64,000 nt of DNA. Origin: Patescibacteria group bacterium (GTDB lineage: Bacteria; Patescibacteriota; WWE3; UBA101185; 2-01-FULL-41-18). Below are positions 43,216 to 52,877 of the stretch, one piece after another. The notes under the pieces were generated by a model. That model saw nothing but the letters and a program-made list of their open reading frames with translations, was not told the origin of the DNA and did no database searches. The stretch is from contig JBBTST010000012.1 of the NCBI GenBank assembly GCA_038064575.1, forward strand, positions 32 to 64,031, given 5' to 3'. How positions within the stretch are numbered: the stretch's first letter is position 1; the number at the start of each line of letters is the position of its first letter. Made by a program: the position numbers and the translations under genes.

Positions 43216-43401
43216 ATGATGCATGCAGATAATTGGCCGCTTCTGCTGGTAATTTTGGTGGTTGCGGGATTGCTCTACTGGACATTCGGGTATCTTCATA
43301 ACCATTGTCCAATCTGTAACCAAAAAGACTGTAAGTCTATGGGAGGACAAGCTCCTTGCGTTCCCAGGAAGGAGCCTTACTCTGGAGAAGATCACCTATA
43401 G
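43216..43401 (+). CDS. Small membrane protein with Cys cluster
   Basis: AAGGAG SD, TM helix then HCPICNQKDC. Confidence 0.6.
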   Translation: MMHADNWPLLLVILVVAGLLYWTFGYLHNHCPICNQKDCKSMGGQAPCVPRKEPYSGEDHL

Positions 43402-43407
43402 GACTTC

Positions 43408-43449
43408 ATGCTGTCAGACTTTAAGCTTCAAAGCAGGCTCTGACAGCAT
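43408..43449. terminator. Long inverted repeat between convergent small ORF and tRNA-fMet
   Basis: ATGCTGTCAGA...TCTGACAGCAT 11-bp arms. Confidence 0.5.
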
Positions 43450-43561
43450 CAAACCTATAAAAGAGGGCTGCCATCGCCGTTACCAAAAAGCTAAATGTTC
43501 TTCATTTGCATGTACCAACTTTAAAGAAAAAATTGAGGAAACAGTGAAGTCTAAGGTTTAT

Positions 43562-43635
43562 TGGTTGCGGGGCCGGGATTCGAACCCGGACCCCCAGATT
43601 ATGAGCCTGGTGAGGTGCCATTCCTCCACCCCGCG
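43562..43635 (-). tRNA. Initiator tRNA-fMet(CAT)
   Basis: CGCGGGG start with C1-A72 mismatch, A11-U24, anticodon CAT. Confidence 0.95.
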
Positions 43636-43704
43636 TTATAAGTTTAGAACCAAAACGGACCTTTAAGCCCCGTATAAAACCGACTGAATGGTAGCAGAAC
43701 AAGC

Positions 43705-44088
43705 TTACCTTGTCAAAAAAAGCCTCAACCACTTCTTGTAGTTTGGCTCCTGGGTAATTGTTGTCAAAAACTTTAAGTCAAAGGCGTTCTGCTCCCCGGA
43801 ATTTTCCACTCCCAAAACTTCTGACGGAATAACAATTTTCTCACCCGGTTTTACCATGTTTAGCTTATTTCTAGCTTCACTCTCAATAAAATTCACGGAG
43901 TTCTTGTACTCCAAATCTTTCTTTAGAGCATCATTCTGAGTTTTAGCCTGGTCAAATGCCACTTTGAGCTCATCAGTTCTTTTACTACTCTTATACACTT
44001 CACCTGTAGTCTTAATAATATTATAGGTTGACAAAGCCACCAGACCCAACACTACAACAACCTTGAATTTTAACAGAAAATCAAACAT
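43705..44088 (-). CDS. Septum formation initiator (FtsB/DivIC family)
   Basis: TM + coiled coil + IESEARNKLNMVKPGE. Confidence 0.85.
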   Translation of the reverse strand: MFDFLLKFKVVVVLGLVALSTYNIIKTTGEVYKSSKRTDELKVAFDQAKTQNDALKKDLEYKNSVNFIESEARNKLNMVKPGEKIVIPSEVLGVENSGEQNAFDLKFLTTITQEPNYKKWLRLFLTR

Positions 44089-44189
44089 CTTAAGTCTTTT
44101 TAAACCCTATAGTTATTAGAATTGACAGCGTTCTAACAAAATGATAACCTAACCCATAGAAGTAAATTGATTCAACTATAGGAAAGATT

Positions 44190-45053
44190 ATGATCCCGCT
44201 AAAAACGGCCCACAAGAGCTTTGTTGAACACTTAAAAAAGAATAACCGCTCTGATGCAACAATTATAGCCTACAGCAAAGATGTTGAACAGCTTTCTGAC
44301 TACCTTTTAAAGAAAGGCAGAGACCTGGTTCACGAAGTAATCCTTGAGGATCTCAAAGAGTACATGAAAAAGTTAACCGGAGAAAACCTTACCCCTAAAA
44401 CCATTTCCAGAAAGACAAATTCAACCAAAACCTTTTTTAAGTATCTAAAAGTAGAAGGGCATGTTGAAAATGATCCTGCGCAAGATCTGGCACACCCTAA
44501 GGTTGACCCTAAAGCTCCAAGAATCCTTTCAAAAGTGGAATATAGAGCCTTAAGAGACGCTTGCAAAAATGACAAGAGAACCTTGGCAATTGTTGAGCTT
44601 CTCCTTCAAACAGGTATCAGAATTGGAGAACTTGCAAAACTTAAAATAACTGACGCCACCTTTGGAGAAGACGGAGTTTTAAAGGTTCCGTTTCTTGGAA
44701 CACATCCAACCAGACAAGTCCCCCTTAATACGGCAGCTCAAAAGGCTATTAAAGATTATCTTGAAATCAGAGGCGACGTTAACAACGAACATCTTTTTAT
44801 CACAAAAAGCGGAAATCCCCTCCTTATAAGAAATATTAGGGCAACCATTGATAGATATTTCAAACTTGCCGGTATAGAAAATGCTAAAGTCAATGACCTA
44901 AGGCATACTTTTGTAGCCCACCATTTAAAAGAGGGTGCTAGCATTGTGTTACTGTCAAAAATTGCCGGACATAAAAGAATTTCAACTACTGAAAAGTATC
45001 TGGAATATGTTGAGAGAAACGGTGAAGAAAAAGCAGAGCTTAGCGAGCTTTAA
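44190..45053 (+). CDS. XerC/D-like tyrosine recombinase
   Basis: N-terminal SAM-like domain, TGIRIGE, NDLRHTF, AGH, TTEKY. Confidence 0.92.
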   Translation: MIPLKTAHKSFVEHLKKNNRSDATIIAYSKDVEQLSDYLLKKGRDLVHEVILEDLKEYMKKLTGENLTPKTISRKTNSTKTFFKYLKVEGHVENDPAQDLAHPKVDPKAPRILSKVEYRALRDACKNDKRTLAIVELLLQTGIRIGELAKLKITDATFGEDGVLKVPFLGTHPTRQVPLNTAAQKAIKDYLEIRGDVNNEHLFITKSGNPLLIRNIRATIDRYFKLAGIENAKVNDLRHTFVAHHLKEGASIVLLSKIAGHKRISTTEKYLEYVERNGEEKAELSEL

Positions 45054-45152
45054 GAAAGCAAACACAAACTCCTTTCGACAAATTTATATTAATCTGTTAT
45101 CCAACATATAAAATCAAGAAAAATGAAAGGGTTTTTAGAGATGCAATCCCAT

Positions 45153-45560
45153 CTATTTATCAGCTGTCAGACTCCTACTCTTTTTAATCCTAATACTAAT
45201 GAGAACAGTTACCAAAACTACTAGTGCTAAAAAGGACACAATCCCAAAAAGGATCAAAGAAGTGTAATTAGGTTGAAAAGGTTTGGAGGGCTCCTTGCAA
45301 TACAAAAAGATAGAGGAAAAATCTATTCCATACTCCTTAACTTTAAACTCTTGAGGACCAAGCCCTATAGGAATTTTGCATGTTGTAGTCAGTGATTCAT
45401 TAAGCGTGTAATCTTGGACCTTTCCACCAAATCTTAAAACGCACCTTTCTCCTTCAAATCCCGCTATTTCATAAGCAAAGTTTCCGGTTGGTATATAAAT
45501 TTTTTCTGAAGTAGTTAGGCATTGTTGAAAGTCTATAACAACTGTTCTATCCTGATACAT
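45153..45560 (-). CDS. Hypothetical protein with C-terminal TM anchor
   Basis: Four Cys, C-terminal hydrophobic helix plus basic tail; start at MYQDR inferred. Confidence 0.6.
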   Translation of the reverse strand: MYQDRTVVIDFQQCLTTSEKIYIPTGNFAYEIAGFEGERCVLRFGGKVQDYTLNESLTTTCKIPIGLGPQEFKVKEYGIDFSSIFLYCKEPSKPFQPNYTSLILFGIVSFLALVVLVTVLISIRIKKSRSLTADK

Positions 45561-45690
45561 AAATTTATGATAGCACGTATAAAAACAATACAATCCGGTT
45601 GTAAAAGGCACTTCTCCCTTATCCATTCAGCTTTTGCAGCTTCCATAACAGCTTTAGGTTTGGTATTAATTCAATATAAAAAGTTAAATT

Positions 45691-46731
45691 ATGACTTCAA
45701 AAGAAATGGCTGAAAATCTGACGGTAATAATCCCGGCTTATAATGAAGCGGCGTCCATTGAGGATACTATCAGAAGCATTCAAAACCAAACAACTCCGCC
45801 AAGGGAAATAATTGTTGTGGACGATTTTTCATCTGATGAAACAGGCGAACTTGCCAAATCACTTGGAGTCAGTGTTCTAAGACCTCCAAAAAATACCGGG
45901 ACCAAAGCGGGAGCACAGAACTTTGCACTGCAGCAGGTTGACACAAAGTTTTCAATGGCAATTGATGCAGACACTATACTAGCTCCTGATGCTATAGAAA
46001 AACTCATAGTTGTTTTAGAGGATGAGGAAGTTGCAGCTGCTTGCGGGTCTGTCATACCAAGATACAAAAATACTTTGTGGGAGAGGGGAAGATATATAGA
46101 ATATCTGTTTGCATTCACTTTTTATAAACCTATTCAGGATTATTATGAGAAACCATTAATCTCTTCAGGGTGTTTCTCTGTATACAGAACAAGTAATCTT
46201 AAAGAGCAGGGAGGCTGGAGTACCAGGACCATGGCGGAAGATATGGACTTGACCTGGAGTTTTTATGCAAAAGGATACAAGGTAAGATTTGTTCCGGGAG
46301 CGGTGTGTTACCCTATAGAGCCGGAGAATTTTGATTTTATGAAGAAACAACTTAAAAGATGGTCGCATGGTTTTATCCAAAATGTAATGCTTCATTCTAG
46401 GGACACTTCCCATTTACCGGTCCTAAGATCAATGATTACCATTGGGGTATGGGATGCCGTTGTAGCATCTATGGCATATTTATTGCTTATTCCACTATTG
46501 GCCATCATTTTTAGAAATCCTATCTTTCTTCTAGGTTACATCATAGACCTCCCTGCTGTTATGGTGCCTCCAATAATTAAAGGTTTCGAGAGAAAGGAGC
46601 TTGCTTTAACACTATCTAGCATTCCGTCTTTTTTTGTGCTTAGAACAGTAAACTGTCTGTTTGTTCTTGAAGCCGTTTTCAGCGAAGTGATTTTAAGAAA
46701 GAGATTAACTGTTTATCAGAAAGGGCACTAA
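45691..46731 (+). CDS. Glycosyltransferase family 2 (processive type)
   Basis: IPAYNE, DD, DAD, AED, QLKRW, C-terminal TMs. Confidence 0.92.
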   Translation: MTSKEMAENLTVIIPAYNEAASIEDTIRSIQNQTTPPREIIVVDDFSSDETGELAKSLGVSVLRPPKNTGTKAGAQNFALQQVDTKFSMAIDADTILAPDAIEKLIVVLEDEEVAAACGSVIPRYKNTLWERGRYIEYLFAFTFYKPIQDYYEKPLISSGCFSVYRTSNLKEQGGWSTRTMAEDMDLTWSFYAKGYKVRFVPGAVCYPIEPENFDFMKKQLKRWSHGFIQNVMLHSRDTSHLPVLRSMITIGVWDAVVASMAYLLLIPLLAIIFRNPIFLLGYIIDLPAVMVPPIIKGFERKELALTLSSIPSFFVLRTVNCLFVLEAVFSEVILRKRLTVYQKGH

Positions 46732-46733
46732 AT

Positions 46734-47096
46734 ATGAATGTAGGGTTACCCACAACAGGTTTGGGAGGCATATTCTATATACTTAGCGGCCTGCTTATGC
46801 CCTTTATAGAACTTATATATACATTTAGAGAAAAAAGCAGTACAGCCAGGTGGAAAGTTGTTTTTAGACAAGTGGGAATAACCATGGGGATACTTGCATT
46901 GATCTGGATTACAAGCTTAGTGCTAAAAATTTTTATTCCCAATCAAGCTTCAAACCTGATTCCAGTGGAGACGAATGCTATTTATAGCATAAGCTATATA
47001 AGAATTGTACTTGCTTCCCCCATACTGGCATTAGGTACAATCTTGGGAATCTCCTGGATAGCAAGCCTCTTCTTAAGAAAAAGACCCGCTAAGTAA
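46734..47096 (+). CDS. Small membrane protein downstream of GT2
   Basis: Three hydrophobic segments, 2 nt after GT2 stop. Confidence 0.75.
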   Translation: MNVGLPTTGLGGIFYILSGLLMPFIELIYTFREKSSTARWKVVFRQVGITMGILALIWITSLVLKIFIPNQASNLIPVETNAIYSISYIRIVLASPILALGTILGISWIASLFLRKRPAK

Positions 47097-47109
47097 AATC
47101 CTTATTCTC

Positions 47110-47184
47110 TGGTGGGCGAGGATGGGATCGGACCATCGACATCCACTTTATAAGAGTGGCGCTCTACCACTGAGCTACTCGCCC
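47110..47184 (-). tRNA. tRNA-Ile(TAT)
   Basis: GGGCGAG...CTCGCCCACCA, anticodon arm CCACT-CTTATAA-AGTGG, T-loop TCCGATC. Confidence 0.92.
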
Positions 47185-47296
47185 CAAAACAATACAAAAC
47201 TTACGGCATTATAGGGCAGCCAATGGTTCCTTTCAACGACACCTTTGCTTATAAAAGACTCAGGGTATAAACTGCCAGTAAAAAGGAGATGTACGA

Positions 47297-47557
47297 ATGG
47301 CTTATGGAATTGTTTTGCAAACGGGAGCTGAGCTGAGAGTTGGAAAGGAAGCTTGTAATGCATGGCATTTGAAAAGGTTTGCTCCTGCAAATCTTTCGTT
47401 GCCTTCAGGAACTATTGTTAAGGTTATACAATCAACCAAAGATCAAGCAATAGTTGTTGTGACGGAGCTTCCTGACAATGCCGGGGATGGTGAAGTCATA
47501 GTAGGCCTCAGAGTCAGAGTAACTTACGTGTATTTTGATAACCTAAATCCAATCTAG
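47297..47557 (+). CDS. Small hypothetical protein
   Basis: AAGGAG SD, 86 aa, followed by hairpin AAGCGCGGAA...TTTCGCGCTT. Confidence 0.65.
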   Translation: MAYGIVLQTGAELRVGKEACNAWHLKRFAPANLSLPSGTIVKVIQSTKDQAIVVVTELPDNAGDGEVIVGLRVRVTYVYFDNLNPI

Positions 47558-47605
47558 TAAATGAAGCGCGGAATGTCTCCTAAGATATTTCGCGCTTATT
47601 TAAAG

Positions 47606-47971
47606 TTACAAATCTTTTAAATGTCTTGAATAGAAAACAAAATTTTTGAATTCACGCAGAAGCCTTTTATCTTTTGAGTAGGCTCTGCCTTTGTGCTTAT
47701 CAATCTGTCGTACCAGTTCTCCTACGGCTTCATCCACAACACCCTCCAGACTAAAACCTCCCTCTTTTGCCACAAAAGCCGCCCCGGGAATCCAAAGTTC
47801 AAGTTTTATCAAATAGCCAAAACCCGGCGCTTTATTAACTACAATCCGTAAATCTTTAAGCTCTTCGCTTACATCTACAAGATGTTTCTCAATTTTTTTG
47901 AGTTTTTCATGGATTAGATCAGAGGTCCGCGGACTTACTCTAAAGTTTGTGGAGGTTATCTGATAAGACAT
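47606..47971 (-). CDS. Ribosome hibernation factor HPF/RaiA-like protein
   Basis: QITSTNF...EKLKKIEK...VDEAVGELVRQIDKHKGR pattern. Confidence 0.75.
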   Translation of the reverse strand: MSYQITSTNFRVSPRTSDLIHEKLKKIEKHLVDVSEELKDLRIVVNKAPGFGYLIKLELWIPGAAFVAKEGGFSLEGVVDEAVGELVRQIDKHKGRAYSKDKRLLREFKNFVFYSRHLKDL

Positions 47972-48049
47972 CCAACCTCAGTATACTATGAAAATTAATA
48001 AAACTGAAAGGACCTAAAGATAAATTTAAATTGGAAAAGAAGCTCAAAA

Positions 48050-49186
48050 TCACCCGTTAAAATCCCGTCTTGCTTCAATAATCTCTGAGTATTCCTTCCT
48101 ATCCAAAGCTCTATTGATAAGAATACAACCATCCAACTTCCCCTCCCTTATAAAAAATTGAATGGCTTCTCTATTGGACAAAACTTTGGTCTTAGTAATG
48201 GTTTTCTCATCCATTCCTGAAAAGCCCAAAAAGACAATGCTTACACCCCTTGCAGAGGTTGAATAGGAGGACAGTTGGTCATAGGAAGTGTCCAACCCAA
48301 GCATATTTAAAGCTGCAAATCTACCTGAAACTAAAGCGTTACTCCAGTTTCCATACTTGACTTGACGGTTGAGTTTCTTACTGAAAAACTTTACAACGTC
48401 TCCTGATGCAAACACATCTGTAACATTAGTTTTCAAAAATTCGTCTGTCACAAGACCTCCGTCAAATTTTACTCCAGCTTGGGAAAATATAGTCTCTGAA
48501 ACATCCAGTCCTATACCAACTCCTGTCACAGAGTTGGAGGAGTCAATATCAAGAGAGAGCAAATCCCTATCACCATAATGAACTATTACTCCTGACTCAG
48601 ATAAAAGTTTTGTGATCATAGAAGAGACCTCCGGGCTTAAAAAGTTAGCCCAAAAGCCTTTTTCCGCAACGCATAAGTGAGTTTCAAGCCCATAATGCTT
48701 AAAGGCTTCAACCAGCTCAGTGGCAATAAAACCGCTTCCAATTACTATTCCTCTTTCAGGTAGTGTGGGAGCAGTAAGAACAGCTTTTAAGGCATCAGCA
48801 TCTTCTATTGTATGCATATAAAGTTCGTTTTTATGTTTGTTTAGTTTTTTTGGAGTGCCTCCGGTAGTTAACAGAAGTTTTTTATAAGTAAATTCGGAAG
48901 CATCATTTGTTTTTATAATTTTTTGTTCCGTGTCAACACTTATGGCAGCCTTTTTCAGTAAAAGGTCTATTTTTTTATCATCATAATCTTTTGAAGAACG
49001 TAAGAAGATTTGACTTCTTTCTTTTACTCCCTTGATATAGTGGGGAATCTGAACACGCGAATAGAGAGTATTTGCTTCAGCATCTACTATTGCAATTGTT
49101 GCCTGCTCATCATTTTCTCTAAGAGTTTCGGCCGCTGTAACCCCAGAAACTCCACCACCTATAATCAAATAATCGTAACTTTTCAT
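48050..49186 (-). CDS. FAD-dependent oxidoreductase (ferredoxin/rubredoxin reductase-like)
   Basis: GGGVSG, GSGFIATE, VFASGD. Confidence 0.88.
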   Translation of the reverse strand: MKSYDYLIIGGGVSGVTAAETLRENDEQATIAIVDAEANTLYSRVQIPHYIKGVKERSQIFLRSSKDYDDKKIDLLLKKAAISVDTEQKIIKTNDASEFTYKKLLLTTGGTPKKLNKHKNELYMHTIEDADALKAVLTAPTLPERGIVIGSGFIATELVEAFKHYGLETHLCVAEKGFWANFLSPEVSSMITKLLSESGVIVHYGDRDLLSLDIDSSNSVTGVGIGLDVSETIFSQAGVKFDGGLVTDEFLKTNVTDVFASGDVVKFFSKKLNRQVKYGNWSNALVSGRFAALNMLGLDTSYDQLSSYSTSARGVSIVFLGFSGMDEKTITKTKVLSNREAIQFFIREGKLDGCILINRALDRKEYSEIIEARRDFNG

Positions 49187-49245
49187 ACCTTAAACCAAAA
49201 ATAAAGTTTTACTGCCTTGAAAAATGTGGAAGATTTCAATTTTCC

Positions 49246-49479
49246 TCACTGAGTGATCTTTTCCCCAAACTCATCAAAAAGCTCTATTGCTTGTGTTGGA
49301 CAAGATTGAGCAGCTATCATTATGGACTCATCAGCATCTCCATGCATATCAGTAATAATAGCTTTATTTTCACCGTCTAATTCAAATGTTTTTCCGGCTA
49401 CCACAACACAGGTCCCGGCACCAATACAAAGATCCCGATTAACTACAACCTTGGCTATTTTCTTTTTTGCATCTGTCAT
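49246..49479 (-). CDS. Monocluster ferredoxin
   Basis: CIGAGTC...CPTQAI (second ligand Ala, [3Fe-4S]-type pattern). Confidence 0.9.
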   Translation of the reverse strand: MTDAKKKIAKVVVNRDLCIGAGTCVVVAGKTFELDGENKAIITDMHGDADESIMIAAQSCPTQAIELFDEFGEKITQ

Positions 49480-49555
49480 AAATTTTCTATACCTTTCGCA
49501 AACGATTCTACCCGATTCAAAATAGTTTTTGAAGCCCTGATTTTGTTAGTTAGCG

Positions 49556-49798
49556 CTACTCTCCGGAGTGCATAACCTCATTAAGCCTTGCAAGCATCTC
49601 GTCTATTTCTTCATCTGTCATACCATGAACTTTTGCTCCCATCTCTATGGTATCAAAGGAATTGGCAAAGCAGCCCACACAATGAAGCCCAAAATCTAGC
49701 AAAACCTCTGCAAGCTGTGGGTATTTGAATACAACCTCACCAAGATTATCTGTTTTAGATATTTTTGTTTCTGGTTTTTTTATAAGCTTATCAGACAT
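49556..49798 (-). CDS. DUF1858-like CxxC protein
   Basis: FGLHCVGC...TIEMGAKVHG. Confidence 0.8.
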   Translation of the reverse strand: MSDKLIKKPETKISKTDNLGEVVFKYPQLAEVLLDFGLHCVGCFANSFDTIEMGAKVHGMTDEEIDEMLARLNEVMHSGE

Positions 49799-50198
49799 AA
49801 AAACCCTTTTCTTTTGGAGTACCTCGTGCTTCTATCTCTAGCATAAGTCTACTTAGCGCATTGAAACCAAGCGTTGCGCATTTGATCCTTGAAAGAGTAA
49901 GATTAGGATTTATTTGATCAAGTAAATCTTTTTTTTGGAGGCTTTTAATATCTTCTAGTTTTTTTCCTTTAACTTTGTCAAAAAAAATTGAGGCCGAGGC
50001 AATACTTATGGCACAGCCATGTGCGGTGAAAGATATGTCTTTTAGCACATCTTCCTCAACCAAAACATCAACCGTTATTTCATCTCCACACAAAGGATTA
50101 ACTTCGCTCACAGATCCGGACTTGTTTGTAAGCCTCCCCCAGTTTTGCGGATGTTTGTAGTGTTCCATTAACTCTTCTCTGTATAAAGTGTCTGTCAT
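49791..50198 (-). CDS. sufU: SUF NifU-like sulfur-transfer/scaffold protein
   Basis: NPLCGD, GCAISIASAS, RIKCATL. Confidence 0.92.
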   Translation of the reverse strand: MTDTLYREELMEHYKHPQNWGRLTNKSGSVSEVNPLCGDEITVDVLVEEDVLKDISFTAHGCAISIASASIFFDKVKGKKLEDIKSLQKKDLLDQINPNLTLSRIKCATLGFNALSRLMLEIEARGTPKEKGFYV

Positions 50199-51418
50199 AA
50201 CAAAACTTTTCTTGCTTTTTCCATTCCTTTTAGCAAAATGTCTATATCATCTTTAGTGTTATAAATATGAAAGCTTACTCTTGCCGTAGCGGGAACTCCA
50301 AGCTTTTTGTGAAGGGGCATTGTACAGTGATGTCCGCTTCTTATGGCAACACCTTCCGTATCTAAGACAGAAGCAAGATCGTGAGGATGTATGTTTGATA
50401 CATTGAAAGCAATAACCCCTGTTCTCTTGCCGGATTCTTTAGGGCCATACACTATAACTTCTTTATCTTTTGCAAATTCTTCTGATAAATACTCCAAAAG
50501 TTCAAGCTCGTGTTTTCTTACATTTTCTATGCCTTGTTGGTTCAGATAAGAGCAAGCAGCTGCAAGACCTATTGCCCCCTCAACGTTTGGCGTGCCAGCC
50601 TCAAACTTAGAAGGCGAAAGGTCCCAGGTTGCTGTTTCTAAACCAACCTCCCTGATCATTCCTCCACCATACTGATAGGGAGCAAGGCTTTCTTGAAGTT
50701 CTTTTTTTATATACAAAACACCAATGCCCATAGGGCCTAGCATCTTGTGCCCTGAGAAAGCATAAAAATCACATCCCAAGCTTTGCACATCTACCTTGAT
50801 ATGTGGGACAGCCTGTGCACCATCTACCACAAGTAAAGCACCTCTCTCATGAGCCCACTTTGAAATTTCCTTAATATTTTGAATGGTGCCAAAAACGTTT
50901 GAGGCATGAGAGATGGCTATTAGCTTTATATTCTGCTCTTTGCACTCCTTTAACGAAACATCCACAAAACCCTCATTATCTATTTTCAAAACTTCAATTT
51001 TTGCTCCTGTTTTTTTGGCAGCAATTTGCCAGGGAACCAGATTACTGTGGTGTTCAAGTTCAGAAAATAGAATGGTATCAGCAATCTTCAGTTTCTCTTC
51101 TGCATAAGTTCGAGCAACAAAATTTAAGCTATCAGTTGTGCCCCTTGTAAAAATTATCTCTTCAGGATGGCGGGCGTTTATAAACTTTTGCAGTGTGACA
51201 CGAGCCTCCTCATACATCTTTGTAGCCTCTTCAGAAAGTGTATGAATACCTCTATGCACATTTGCATTATGCTGTCTGTAATACGTTTCTATAGCTTCTA
51301 GTACCCGTGTAGGCTTTTGTGTTGTAGCAGCGTTATCAAGATACACAAGCCTCTTTCCGTTAATCTTACGGGATAAAATAGGAAAGTCTTTAATTGTCTG
51401 TTCGGAAGTTAGCATCAC
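50195..51418 (-). CDS. sufS: Cysteine desulfurase
   Basis: YLDNAATTQKP, FSGHKMLGP, RSGHHC. Confidence 0.95.
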   Translation of the reverse strand: MMLTSEQTIKDFPILSRKINGKRLVYLDNAATTQKPTRVLEAIETYYRQHNANVHRGIHTLSEEATKMYEEARVTLQKFINARHPEEIIFTRGTTDSLNFVARTYAEEKLKIADTILFSELEHHSNLVPWQIAAKKTGAKIEVLKIDNEGFVDVSLKECKEQNIKLIAISHASNVFGTIQNIKEISKWAHERGALLVVDGAQAVPHIKVDVQSLGCDFYAFSGHKMLGPMGIGVLYIKKELQESLAPYQYGGGMIREVGLETATWDLSPSKFEAGTPNVEGAIGLAAACSYLNQQGIENVRKHELELLEYLSEEFAKDKEVIVYGPKESGKRTGVIAFNVSNIHPHDLASVLDTEGVAIRSGHHCTMPLHKKLGVPATARVSFHIYNTKDDIDILLKGMEKARKVLL

Positions 51419-51559
51419 GTAAGATTATACGTCTTTTTGGTAAAACTATTAAACTAACTGAAGTTTTCTAAAAACGAACAAGATGAACAACTATTGAGAA
51501 GACTGTTATTAAACACATCATTTTAATAGTCGCCTCCCCCGTGTTAAAATTGTGCTGTT

Positions 51560-51961
51560 ATGAAATCAAATTTAAATCATATTCAAATAAACATTGATTA
51601 TAAAAACATCAGTTTTTATAAAGATCTGCTCAAGGAATTAGGTTGGACTATTATTGTAGAGGCAGAAAACATTTTGGGGTTTGAAAGTGGTTCCACAGGC
51701 AGTTTATGGTTTCTTCCAAGAACAGCTGAAAATCAAAATAACTACAATAGTGTCGGTGTAAACCACATCGGCATTGGAACAGACTCGGTAGCAAGTGTAG
51801 ATAAAGCGGTTTACCATTTAAAAAACAAGGGTGTATCTTTGTTGTTTGATACACCACGACATCGCCCAGAATTCGGTTCTGACCAGACCACATATTATCA
51901 GGTTATGTTTGAATCTCCAGATAAAATTCTTTGGGAGATCATGTATAGCGGTAAGAAATAA
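51560..51961 (+). CDS. VOC/glyoxalase-family protein
   Basis: LNHIQI, GVNHIG, YYQVMFESPDKILWEI. Confidence 0.85.
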   Translation: MKSNLNHIQINIDYKNISFYKDLLKELGWTIIVEAENILGFESGSTGSLWFLPRTAENQNNYNSVGVNHIGIGTDSVASVDKAVYHLKNKGVSLLFDTPRHRPEFGSDQTTYYQVMFESPDKILWEIMYSGKK

Positions 51962-51971
51962 CCCCAATTAA

Positions 51972-52283
51972 TCAGCAAGGGATCAACAGATCTTCCCCAT
52001 CTACTCTAACCTCATATGTTTTAACAGCTTCTGTGGCGGGAAGAGCCTTAACTGCTCCGGTTTTAAGATCAAAACTGGCACCATGCAGAGGACATTCCAC
52101 ACAACAATCGTTTACCAACTGGCCCTCAGATAAAACACCTTCCTCATGGGTACAGATATTGCTAATTGCGTAAAAAGAACCATTAAGATTTGCAACTAAA
52201 AGCTTTTGGCCATTTACAACAAAAGTCTTCATTGAATTAGCTTTAATGTCCTTTTTGTTTGCTATTTTAATAAAATTAGACAT
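51972..52283 (-). CDS. Rieske-type [2Fe-2S] ferredoxin
   Basis: CTH...CPLH. Confidence 0.92.
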   Translation of the reverse strand: MSNFIKIANKKDIKANSMKTFVVNGQKLLVANLNGSFYAISNICTHEEGVLSEGQLVNDCCVECPLHGASFDLKTGAVKALPATEAVKTYEVRVDGEDLLIPC

Positions 52284-52287
52284 AAGC

Positions 52288-52860
52288 TTATGCTACTACA
52301 CTTATTTGGCTCTCTCTTATTTTAGCTAAAACCGGTTCTAAAAATCCTTTTACTATTAATTCTTCTGCTTGTTCTTTTGTTAATCCTCTGCTTGTAAGAT
52401 AAAAAACCTGTTCTTCTGAAATTCTGCCGGTTGTTGCACCGTGTGTGGCCTTTACGTTGTCGGCTTCAATTTCAAGCGTTGGCTCTGACTCGTTTCTTGC
52501 GTTCTTTCCCAAAATTAAAACGTCATCATCAAGGTATGAATTTGTTTGTTGTGCGTTCTTTTCAATTTTAATCATTCCCTTGAAACTTGAATATGAGGAG
52601 TCTTTCAGCACACCCCGAATTTGGGTTAGACATTTTGTGTTGGGAACTTTGTGAATTGCGTTAATAACAAGCTCCAATGTATTGTTGCCGTCAAGAATAT
52701 AAGCACCAAGAATTTCTACATCTGCCCCCTCTTTGGACAAAACAACATCAAGCTTTTTTGAAGAGTTTTTTTTTGGGAGCTCAAGTATGACTTGAGTTAA
52801 CCCTTCCGTTGAGATGGTAATTATTTCATGTTTTCCGTCTGCTTTGATTACCTTGCGCAT
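52288..52860 (-). CDS. sufD: SufD-like protein (short)
   Basis: PTLEIEADNVKATHGAT, FYLTSRG; 190 aa. Confidence 0.85.
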   Translation of the reverse strand: MRKVIKADGKHEIITISTEGLTQVILELPKKNSSKKLDVVLSKEGADVEILGAYILDGNNTLELVINAIHKVPNTKCLTQIRGVLKDSSYSSFKGMIKIEKNAQQTNSYLDDDVLILGKNARNESEPTLEIEADNVKATHGATTGRISEEQVFYLTSRGLTKEQAEELIVKGFLEPVLAKIRESQISVVA

Positions 52861-52877
52861 ATCAATTGTTTGGTTAG

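Noticed and set aside
44190-47184. Integrative island bounded by the tyrosine recombinase and tRNA-Ile(TAT)
   Set aside because: No duplicated tRNA 3' end (att) or phage/plasmid genes found; the recombinase is Xer-sized and next to ftsB
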